64,000 nt of DNA, from positions 3,968,001-4,032,000 of the forward strand of contig NW_027361834.1 of the NCBI RefSeq assembly GCF_039654945.1, in the 5' to 3' direction. The stretch's first letter is position 1, and every line of letters begins with the position of its first letter. Source of the stretch: Dendrobates tinctorius. Its lineage: Eukaryota. Shown here in pieces: positions 13,229-24,600 of the stretch. Made by a program: the position numbers and the translations under genes. The notes under the pieces were generated by a model. That model did not search any database. It was not told where the DNA came from and saw only the letters and a program-made list of their open reading frames with translations.

Positions 13229-14111
13229 GTACCACTGATACTGGATATACTCCATGATGCCCCAGATAACAAGATGTAAAAAGGCATGGCGGCGGTCTCA
13301 AGAGATAGGGTTAAATACCCCCGCTATCATGTACCAATAAAGCCAATTGGGCACACGGTCACACAGGATACAGATCATTCATTTAACCTAGCCAATCGCT
13401 ACGTGTTTTACATTTCCTCACCCTGCTGCGTTCCAAAACAAAGCCAGCGTGCGTGTCAAGTCAAGTGCGCATTACCGGAAATGATGTACCGGAAATGATG
13501 TACTCAGAAAAAATCAAAGCTTGTTACCTCGCAACCAGCAGTAACATCCGGGCGAGTACAAAGATCAGGAAGTGCCAGCATATATAAAAACAATATCCAG
13601 ACTATACCGCACTATCGCACAGACCCACAAACATCCGGACTTTATTACATAACCGGAAGTATCAGCATATATAGATAGAATAGATAGGAACAATGTCCAG
13701 GTTCTACCGCAATATCGCGCAGACGCATAATCATCCGGGCAAAAACCCGGAAGTGTCAGTATATATAATAAAATAAGTAGAAACGATGTCCAGGTCAAAA
13801 CGCACTATCGCGCAAGCGCACATAAAAATGGCACATATATCGATTTCAATTTGAACAACTATATCCATAGCTGAGCTATTAAAATTAAATGTAAGCGTCT
13901 CCAACAACAGGGATGTATTAATGCAATAACACTAGGAAAAATGAATTTATAATAATATGCTTAAATAATGATAAATAAAAACATCATATTTATTTATAAT
14001 AAACAAACTCATAATAGAGTTAGTGTGAAAATTACGCACTACTTACAAAAGGACTAGCTACACATTTTCAAAATAATGAAAAATTTATAAGGGCCAAAGC
14101 AATCATGACTC

Positions 14112-16788
14112 TTAGAGGAAACATGTGAATGACAGGCACTCATTCAGACCTTTTGGGGAAAGGGATTGGAGTCTAAATATCCATTCTGCCTCTCTTCTTT
14201 GTATAATTTTATCAAGGTCTCCCCCCCGGGGTTTGGGTCTGACCAACTCAATCATACAAAAAGTTATATCCTTCAGGGATTCACCATGAACCTCATTCAT
14301 ATGTCGGGCAATAGATGTATCTATTTTATTTCTGATGTCATTCAGATGCTCACCTGCTCTTATCCTAATAGTTTTGCCAACATAATCCAGAGGGCAGGTG
14401 CATGTTGTTTTATTGACCATACCAGAAGATCTGCAATTACCAAAATCCCTAATATGGTATATCTTCCCATCTACCGAACTACAGAATGTTTTACATTGTA
14501 ACATAACACCACACCTCGAGCAGTTCCCACATTTGAAAAAACCTTGTGGTTTCCGATCAAGCCAAGTACCTTCTTTTTTTGGTCTCTGATAAAAACTATG
14601 CACCAAACGGTCCCCAAGGGACCTACCCTTCCTGTAGGTAATACTAGGCTTTGGCGTAATAATGCCCTTCAAATCAGGGTCTGCCAAAAGAATACCCCAG
14701 TGCTTTCTAAAGATGTGGTATACCCTTTCCGCTTGGCCATCAAAAGTGCCTATCATCCTAACCATCTTCCCATCATTCCTCTTTTCTTTAACCCCCAAAA
14801 GTGAGGATCTATCAGCCGATAGCGCCTCATAATATGATTTTCTCAGAATATGTTCTGGATAGCCTCTCGTTTGAAACCTATGATGCAAATCATCAGCCTG
14901 GTTTCTAAAGGTAACCAAATCAGAGCAGTTCCTCCTGATACGGAGGAACTGTCCCTTTGGTATACCTCTTTTTAAAGGGGTTGGATGATGACTTGTCCAT
15001 TTAAGGAGATTATTTGTAGATGTCGGTTTCCGATATGTAAGAGTCTCAATGTTGCCATCCTGTTTTTTAATAATAGTCAAATCCAAAAAATTGATACTAT
15101 TGTTGTGACACTCAGACGTAAAACGTAACCCTATATTATTGATGTTAATACCTTCCATAAACCGGTGGAACTCACTTTCGGGGCCAGACCAAAATATCAG
15201 GATGTCATCTATATATCTGGCCCATAATGTAATATAGGAGTTCCACCACATGTCCTCACCACTAAAGATGAGTGTTTCGTCCCACCAGCCCAAGAATACA
15301 TTAGCATAAGTGGGGGAACAAGGGCTCCCCATTGCTGTACCCCTGAGCTGGTGGAAGTACTTACCATCAAAAAGAAAGTAGTTATGTGTAAGGGTAAATA
15401 AAAGAAGCTCCTCTATCAATAAATTATGATCTCCACATTCAACCGCTCTGGATTGAAGGAAATGATTCACCGCTTTCATTCCACAATCATGTGGAATGCT
15501 GCTGTAGAGTGCCACTACATCAATAGAGGCTAGGATTGTATTCTCATCAATAGAAATTCCTTCCATCAAATTTAACAAATGCGATGTATCTCGAATGAAA
15601 GATGGGAGAGATGTTGCAAATTGTCTTATCAACTTAAATACCAACATTCTGTGTTAACGATTCTATGCCTGCCACAATTGGTCTACCTTTTAAAGGTGCA
15701 AGACCCTTATGTATCTTTGGCAGAGCATAGAATGTTGGTATTACTGGTTGAACAGGTAACATAAACTTGAATTCATTCAAAGAAATAAGTCCCATCCCTC
15801 TTGTATTTGTCAAAATCTCAGTTAAAGCAGAATGATACTTTTTTGTGGGATCCCCACATAGCACCTCGTAGGTGCCATGCTCATACAGCACAGAATGACA
15901 CATGTGAAGGTATTTTTTATGATCAAGGATGACCAAATTCCCACCCTTATCTGAAGATTTTATAACTATCTCATTATTTTTTTCTACTGCCACTAGGGAT
16001 TCCCTTTCACCCTCAGGGAGATTATAGGTATTTTTGATGCGATCATTCTTGATTTTACACAAATCAGATTCCACCATCCTCATAAAGATATCAACACTAG
16101 TGCTACTCGTCATAGGTGGCATACGAGTACTCCTATTCCTTAAATCAGTGAAAGGGCCCTTGCCACGTGATTGATTGTTTTCTTCTAGAAGAGATGTCAA
16201 AATTTGGACACTATCATAATCCTCCTCAGATATACCCAACCTTTTGCATTCATCTCTGTTATGTTGCTGAAGGAAAAGCTTCCATTTCAAATTACATCTG
16301 AACAAATTCAAATCCTTTACCCACCTAAAACAATCAAAAGAAAAGGTAGGCACAAAATTGAAACTCTTCTGCAACAATAGATAATCATTACCAGATAGCT
16401 CACAAGATGATAGATTGATAATCTGTCTCTGATTTATACTTGTCTTCTCCTCAGATCGTAGCCCATTATGGGGCCTCTGTCTAAAAAAAGACTGTGGTAC
16501 TGATGAGGAAGATGCAGGTGATGCACCAGGAGAGTTTTTCAAATCCCTCACATTTCCCCGTTGCCTGTACTGACCTCTTGGCATGCGCCATTTGCCCCGA
16601 TTTTGTTTACCTCTCCCCCGATGACTATAATAATCAGAATGCTCTGTGTCTGAAGTATCCAAATCAGATGAAGATACCTCCGCAACAGTTTTAACTTGAT
16701 ATTCGTAGGCTTTATCTTTAAATTCAGCAAAATCACGCACAAACTGTGCGTGTTTTCTGTCTTTTAATCTAGTTTGGAACTTTTCCAC
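14112..16788 (-). pseudogene. PLE reverse transcriptase / GIY-YIG endonuclease polyprotein (frameshift near 15640, 5'-truncated)
   Basis: PTFYALPKIHK..GRPIV, GTAMGSP, RYIDD, CGNCSRC linker, YVGKT..EH..REAEWIFRL..PKGLN. Confidence 0.92.
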
Positions 16789-18043
16789 TGAGGTCTGTAT
16801 TAAAGGCTACAATGGACTATCTGTACCCTTCCTTGCCGTGGAGGTTGGCACCCTAATAGATACGATTGTTTGGTGCCCCCACTCAACGTCGACTGACCCC
16901 AAATGTGGGAACTGCTCGAGGTGTGGTGTTATGTTACAATCTAAAACATTCTGTAGTTCGGTAGATGGGAAGATATACCATATTAGGGATTTTGGTAATT
17001 GCAGATCTTCTGGTATGGTCTATAAAGCAACATGCACCTGCCCTCTGGATTATGTTGGCAAAACTATTAGGGAGCTTAGGATAAGAGCAGGTGAGCATCT
17101 GAATGACATTAGAAATAAAAGAGATACATCTATTGCCCGACATATGAATGAGGTTCATGGTGGATCCCTGAAGGATTTAATTTTTTGTATGATTGAGTTG
17201 GTCAGACCCAAACCCCGGGGGGGGAGACCTTGATAAAATTATACAAAGAAGAGAGGCAGAATGGATATTTAGACTCCAATCCCTTTCCCCAAAAGGTCTG
17301 AATGAGTGCCTGTCATTCACATGTTTCCTCTAAGAGTCATGATTGCTTTGGCCCTTATAAATTTTTCATTATTTTGAAAATGTGTAGCTAGTCCTTTTGT
17401 AAGTAGTGCGTAATTTTCGCACTAACTCTATTATGAGTTTGTTTATTATAAATAAATATGATATGTTTTTATTTATTATTATTTAAGCATATTATTATAA
17501 ATTCATTTTTCCTAGTGTTATTGCATTAATACATCCCTGTTGTTGGAGACGCTTACATTTAATTTTAATAGCTCAGCTATGGATATATTATTGTTGTTCA
17601 AATTGAAATTGATATATGTGCCATTTTTATGTGCGCTTGCGCGATAGTGCGTTTTGACCTAGACATCGTTTCTACTTATTTTATTATATATGCTGACACT
17701 TCCTGATCTTTTTACTCGCCCGGATGTTACTGCTGGTTGCGAGGTAACGTGCTTTGATTTTTTTCTGAGTACATCATTTCCGGTACATCATTTCCGGTCA
17801 TGCGCACTTCACTTGACACGCACGCTGGCTTTGTTTTGGAACGCAGCAGGGTGAGGAAATGTAAAACACGTAGCGATTGGCTAGGTTAAATGAATGATTT
17901 GTATCCTGTGTGACCGTGCGCCCAATTGGCTTTGTTGGTACATGATAGCGGGGGTATTTAACCCTATCTCTTGAGACCGCCGCCATGCCTTTTTACATCT
18001 TGTTTTCTGGGGCATCATGGAGTATATCCAGTATCAGTGGTAC

Positions 18044-18102
18044 TAAAGTCTGCGGCCTCCTGATGAACCGTTACACCGGGGAAACGCGTCGGGGCGACTT
18101 TA
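18044..18102 (+). ncRNA. Type I hammerhead ribozyme (inverted pLTR copy)
   Basis: TAAAGTC-tgcg-GCCTC CTGATGA a-CCG ttacac CGG-g GAAA CGCG TC GGGGC GACTTTA; core boxes at 18060-18066 and 18081-18084, palindromic stem III ACGCGT, predicted cleavage after 18090. Confidence 0.85.
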
Positions 18103-19081
18103 AATGATAAGTAAAACCACTAGGTGGTGTTTGATTTATGTTTTCATCTATGTGTCTGTTATGGGACAATTTAATATCATGTCTATTCTATTGCACCACC
18201 TGTGGTTATTCTAATTATCAGAGGCGACTATCCGCCATATACTGCTATATTCTATTTGTCGGACTATTTATGTCCTTGGTGCATGTATATTCTGTGAAAC
18301 ATGCTCTGAGCAATGTATGGTGTTTTTTTGGCCCATTGTTCTATAGTAGGCAATAATTAATTGTTTTTGACATTTCCATGTTTGTGAGGTTAAATGTCAG
18401 TGGTCAGCCCTATTATAATCTAGGTTTGGGCATACCTTTTTATTGTGGCTATTTTTTCTATTTTAGAAAGGTTTTCCTTTTTATTCCCTTCCTTCATTTC
18501 TTTTCTATTTGACATTGTTTTCCCACCTGTGTTACTAGGGTGAGATAGGGGAGACAGGGTCAGTCGATGTTGAGTGGGGGCGCCAAACAATCGTATCTAT
18601 TAGGGTGCCAACCTCCACGGCAAGGAAGGGTACAGATAGTCCATTGTAGCCTTTAATAGGGCTTTTTTGTATACAATTTGTCTTCTTTATCATTTGCTCA
18701 CGGGAATAGGTGTTTTTATATTTATCATTAAAATCTAATTTTAATGGGAATACATGTTCACAAAAAATATATATGATTTAACAGTTGATACCCTTTTTGG
18801 ATCAATTTTTGATAGTGAATTTTGTAAAGTCTTAAAAGATCAGGTCTCACGGACGCTAACTGATATGTTTAACATTTGGATAGGGGGAGGGGAAATACCC
18901 AGCCATGCTAATACGGTTTATATAAAACTACTGCCTAAGGGTTATAAGAATTTGGGGGACCCTTCCCATTACCGGCCAATTTCATTTATCCACCAGGATT
19001 TCAAGCTGATTTCCAAAATTTTGGCAGATCGACTGGTAGCGATTTCGCCTAGAATTATCATGTCACACCAATCAGGTCTTA

Positions 19082-19572
19082 CAGTTGTGGCCAAAAGTAT
19101 TGACACCCCTGCAATTCTTTCAGATAATACTCAGTTTCTTCCTGAAAATGATTGCAAACACAAATTCTTTGGTATTATTATCTTCATTGAATTTGTCTTA
19201 AATGTAAAAACACAAAAAGAATTGTCCTAAAGCCAATTTGGATATAATTCCACACCAAACATAAAAAGCAGGGTGGACAAAAGTATTGGCACTGTTTGAA
19301 AAATCATGTGTTGCTTCTCTAATTTGTGTAATTAACAGCACCTGTAACTTACCTGTGGCACCTAACAGGTGTTGGCAATAACTAAATCACACTTGCAGCC
19401 AGTTGACATGGATTAAAGTTGACTCAACCTCTGTCCTGTGTCCTTGTGTGTACCACATTGAGCATGGAGAAAAGAAAGAAGACCAAAGAACTGTCTGAGG
19501 ACTTGAGAAACCAAATTGTGAGGAAGCATGAGCAATCTCAAGGCTACAAGTCCATCTCCAAAGACCTGAATG
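19082..19572 (+). mobile_element. Tc1-family transposon left end (IR/DR type) with transposase N-terminus
   Basis: TA|CAGTTGTGGCCAAAAGTATTGACACC; inner repeat GTGGACAAAAGTATTGGCAC near 19273; ATG at 19464 gives MEKRKKTKELSEDLRNQIVRKHEQSQGYKSISKDLN (paired-like HTH); the rest is deleted. Confidence 0.88.
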
Positions 19573-21004
19573 GGTTTATTCGGTGGAATGAGAAGATATA
19601 TACAGACACTCTACTCGAACCCCCAGTGTATACACCTGGATTTTTATGAGCTGTATTTCCATTATAAAAGGGCACACACCCAGGGCTGCCCATTGTCGCC
19701 CTTACTGTTTAATATGGCCATCGAATCCCTGTTGAGGGTCCTTAATAGCGGAGAAAGCCACGAGGGGATGAAAATAGGGAATGAGATGTTCCGATCTGCT
19801 TTGTTTACTGTTTGCATAGTGTTATATATGTTTGATCCATACAAAGATCTTATGCGAAGGTTGAAGCTCATAGAGAAGTTTGGGGAATTCTCAGGTTTTA
19901 AAGTTAACAAAAACAAATGTGAGTTATTATTTTTGCGAGGAGGGGATGGGACAAGAAACGTTAGTGAACTCACCGATAACGGGGGGGATCAGGGTAGCAA
20001 AACCCTCGGTCAAATACCTGGGTGTTCACTTGGGCCGCACGGCGGATTCAGTCTATGCCCTAAATTATCCGTTGTTTTTGAAAATATAAGCACAGCTGAG
20101 AGGTTGGAGGGGTCTGCCTTTGTCACTTTAGGCCAGAGGACACCTGATTAAAATGATGAGCTTTCTGAGACTGCTGTACCCTCTTCAGACGATTCCCCTG
20201 TTACTTAAACGAGGAGATATATCTAGATTGAATGGAGCGTTCACAAGGTTTCTTTGGAGAGGGAAGAGGCCTATAATAGGTTTGAGTACTCTTTTATGTC
20301 CCCTGTGGAGGAAGGAGGGATTGAAATCCCCAATATTAGGGGGTATAATCTGGCATGTTTGGCTAGGCACGTGATTGATTGGTTGCACAGAACGAGTCGT
20401 CATTCGGATGTGTATTTGGAGAATGAATTTTGTAAGCCTTGGGACTTGGCCTCAGTTCTACACTCCCCCCCGTCCTGTCTTGGTTCGACAGTGAGGACCT
20501 CGATGATATGTAGGGACATAATAGTATCCTGGAAGGCGGTAAGAAAAAAAATTGGGAATACCGTGGAAGTTATCCAAATATCTCAATCCATGGGCCCATC
20601 CAAATTTTCAATTAGGAAGGGAGAACAGATTATTTAAAGAATGGCGAGAGAAGGGTGAACTGAGAATGAAAGATTTGATGCATGTAGATGAAAGGAGATG
20701 GATGACTGAAGCAGAGGTGACTGAGAAGTTTGCACTTAACAAGTATCATGGTATGCAATATTCACAAATACATCACTTTGTTTTGCGTGATCTGCGTGAT
20801 GTTTCTAAAGAATTACTTAAAAACGAATTTGATATCCTGATTGAGTGTGATCTCCCCAGTTATCAAGAATATACGGGGTCCTGAGGGATTGGTTAACTCG
20901 GGGAAACAGACTTGCGCAAATGCGTGGATAAAGCAGTTGGGAGACATGGACATTATGGACAAGATTACTCAGGGGTTGTGTATATTAAGGAAAAATATCA
21001 CTAA

Positions 21005-21474
21005 GGCTAATTTCACATTAGCGTTTTTTTCCGCAGTGCATCGTGCGCAATAGAAACTCATGCAAAAAACGCATCATGCGTTTATGCATGCATTTGCATT
21101 TTTATGTGCATTCGTTCTCTAGGGGTAAAAACCAGTATCTACACATTTTTATGCCAAAAATTCATACGCGCGAAAATGCAGACAAACGCATACCCATGCG
21201 CACGCCTGTGGTCCCATAGACTGTAATGCATTATTTTGTCGCATTCTGCGCGCAAGCATGCGCATGCATTTTTTTGATGCCTTTCGGCGGACCCAAAAAT
21301 GCAACAGGTTGCGTCTGGCGCACCTAGGCGAACACCTTGAAAAATGCATGTGCATGAAAACGCATACAAACGCGTGCAAACGCAAGACCATGCGCACGCC
21401 ATATTAAACATAGGTACGCATACACATGGACGCACATGATGTGTTGTGCAAAAAACGCTAATGTGAAACGAGCC
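21005..21474. mobile_element. PIF/Harbinger-type MITE inserted in L1-A
   Basis: TIRs GGCTAATTTCACATTAGCG / CGCTAATGTGAAACGAGCC, TAA TSD on both sides. Confidence 0.88.
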
Positions 21475-21688
21475 TAATGAAAATTGGGGTGACACCTTGT
21501 TCAGAATTATTCATGGGGCCATATATGGTTTTAGTATCCCAATGCAATCAGATGTTATTCAGATGCGGGTCAGAACGCACGGATATGTATCACGGTTTGT
21601 GGGGATGTATAGTGATACAAAAGTTCTGTTCATCAGTTCCAGAGTTTAGCAAGGGGATGGGGGGAAAGACTGGGATCTCAATCCAATA

Positions 21689-24600
21689 TGTTATGATTGG
21701 GTCACCGAGGAGGAAAGCAAAGACCAAGCTAAGCCACAGAAAACCAGAGAGGTTGGTAACTAAGCGGATTGCAGACCCCTAATCCTATCCACACAACTAG
21801 CAGTAGCCGTGGAGCGTACCTACGATGATTCTAGACGCCTCAACACAGCCGAAGAACTAAATAAGCCTTAAGCAAGAAAGGGGAAATCTAAACTGCCCCA
21901 GAGCAGACCCCAAAGGAATAGATAGCCCCCAAACATATATTGTCAGTGAGACAAGATGAAAACACAAACGCAGATAGGAAAATAGGCTGAGCAAACGATG
22001 GGGCCCAAACTAACTAGACAGGACAGGAAAGGAAAGACGCTGTCCGCAATCACTCAAAAAACCCTGCAAAAAAATGCCCAACACGTCTGATAGAAAAAAT
22101 ACTGAAGTCACTAGACTTTGCCCACTATATCAGCACTCTGGTATATTCTGAAAACAGAACAAAGAGAGGCCAATCTAATAAGGGACAAAAACAAACTGGC
22201 ACAAACAGTAACATAGATGGAAATTCAGCACAGCCCCAGACGGGGCTGGCTGACCACAAAAAACTGAAATAGACAAAACCAAATCAAATGTGAACATTAG
22301 CAAAAGAACACTTAGCTTGAACAAGCAGGGACTGAGCTGGAAACTAAGACCTCATGAGGCAGGAAAAAATTTAGATAGAGGGAGTCGGCTGTCTTAAATC
22401 CAGTCAGAAACTCCCAATGTCCAATCGTCCTCATTATCAGGTGGCAGGCCTCTGTTAATTAGATCAGCTCCATTACCTCCTGTAACCACCAGCGGGAGCC
22501 CGGAAAGAGAACTCGTGACCCCTCTGTCAATACAACCATCTCCACTACCTTCACCAGCAACCAGAGGTAGGCCAGAAAGTGAATTCACAACAGTACCCCC
22601 CCTTGAGGAGGGGTCACCAAACCCTCATCCACGCCACCAGGCCGATCAGGATGGGCCCGGTGAAAAGCACAAACCAATCTATCGGCATGAATGTCAGAAG
22701 CAGAGACCCAAGAATTATCCTCCTGGCCATAACCCTTCCATTTGACCAAGTACTGGAGTCTCCGTCTAGCCAAATGAGAATCCAATATTTTCTCTACCTC
22801 ATATTACACATTGCCTTTAACCAATACAGGGTCAGGAGGTGCTGCCATAGGAACTACTGGCTCCACAAACCTCTTCAACAGAGATTTATGAAACACGTTA
22901 TGGATCTTAAACGTAACTGGAAGAGCCAATCGAAAAGAAACAGGATTAAGAATCTCCAAAATCTTATAAGGTCCAATGAATCTTGGCTTGAACTTTGGAG
23001 ACGCAACCTTAATGGGAATATTCTTTGACGACAACCAAACCATATCACCCACTTTAAACCGGGGACCAATGGTCCTATGCCGGTTGGAAAACCGTTGGGC
23101 TTTTTCCTGAGAGAGGGACAACATATCCACCACTTGGTCCCAAATCTGCTGCATTCTCTCTACCACAGTGTCCAGACTTGGGCAGGTCGAAGATTCCACT
23201 TGCCCTGAAGATAATCGAGGATGAAACCCAAAGTTACAGAAAAAGGGCGACATCAAAGTGGCAGAACTAGCTCTATTGTTTAGCGTAAATTCGGCCAAGG
23301 GCAAAAATGAGACCCAGTCATCCTGGTCAGCAGATATAAAACATCTCAAATAGGACTCCAAAGTCTGGTTTGTTCTCTGTCTGCCCATTGGTCTGAGGAT
23401 GAAACGCAGAGGAGAAAGATAACTGAACTCCCAGATTGGAACAAAAAGTTCTCCAAAATCTGGAAACAAACTGGACTCCTCTGTCCGACACAATGTTCTC
23501 AGGAATCCCATGCAACCGAACCACCTGTTGTAAAAACAAGGGCACCAACTCTGAAGAAGATGACAACTTTGGGAGTGGTACAAGATGGATCATCTTAGAA
23601 AATCTATCACAAATCACCCAGATAAGTCATTCTCTGAGAGACAGGAAGATCAGAAATAAAATCCATTGAGATATGGGTCCATGGCATCTTGGGCACCGGC
23701 AGGGGCATCAACAACCCACTAGAACGAGAACAGGGTTTAGACCGAGAACAAGCCCCACAGGACTGCACAAAATTCCTGACATCACGAGATAAGGCAGGCG
23801 ACCAAAAAGACCGACTCACCAAATCTCTGGTACCAAAAATACCGGGATGACCAGCCAACACGGAGCAATGAATTTCAGACATTACTCTCTTCCTCCACTA
23901 GTCATGAACATACAATTTTCCCATAGGGCAATGCTCAGGTTTATCCTCCTGAAATTCCTCCAAGGCACATCTTAAATCGGGCGAGATGGCGGAAAGAACT
24001 ACCCCCTCACCTAGAATGGCAGTAGGCTCGGTCAGAATAAGAGAATCCGCAAAGAATCTCCTAGAAAGGGCGTCCGCCTTAACATTCTTAGTGCCCGGAA
24101 GAAAAGAGACCACAAAATTAAAACGCGTGAAAAACAAGGCCCTCCTAGCCTGTCTAGGATTCAAGCGTTTGGCTGATTCAAGATAAATCAAATTCTTTTG
24201 GTCGGTGAGGACCACAACTTGATGTCTAGCTCCCTCCAACCAATGTCTCCACTCTTCAAATGCCCATTTCATGGCCAACAATTCCCGATTCCCCACATCA
24301 TAATTACGTTCAGATGGGGAGAATTTTCTAGAAAAGAAGGCACAGGGATTCATTTTAGAAGTCACCGGATCTTTTTGGGACAAAACAGCTCCTGCACCAA
24401 TCTCAGAAGCATCTACCTGAAATGGAAGTGAGACATCAGGTTGCCGTAAAACCGGAGCAGAAGTGAATCTCCGCTTAAGCTCCTGAAATGCCGAGACTGC
24501 CTCTGGAGACCAATTCACCACATCAACACCCTTTTTGGTCAGATCAGTCAGTGGTTTGACAATACCAGAAAAATTACATATAAATTTACTATAGAAATTA

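Larger units (their letters stand above)
10963..18766 (-). mobile_element. Penelope-like retroelement, Neptune-type (PLE-B), with inverted 5' copy of its 3' end
   Basis: RT plus GIY-YIG ORF; 16900-18768 is the reverse complement of 14535-10992 excluding the MITE; 18-bp TSD ATATATATGATTTAACAG at 10945-10962 and 18767-18784. Confidence 0.92.

Noticed and set aside
16500-16530. CTGATGAG resembling a hammerhead core
   Set aside because: No stem II, GAAA or stem III follows; it is antisense to Ser-rich PLE coding sequence.
18600-18635. HDV-like ribozyme reading of TGCCAACCTCCACGGCA
   Set aside because: The putative P3 stem is not conserved in the PLE-A copy, and I could not assemble P1, P2 and J4/2.
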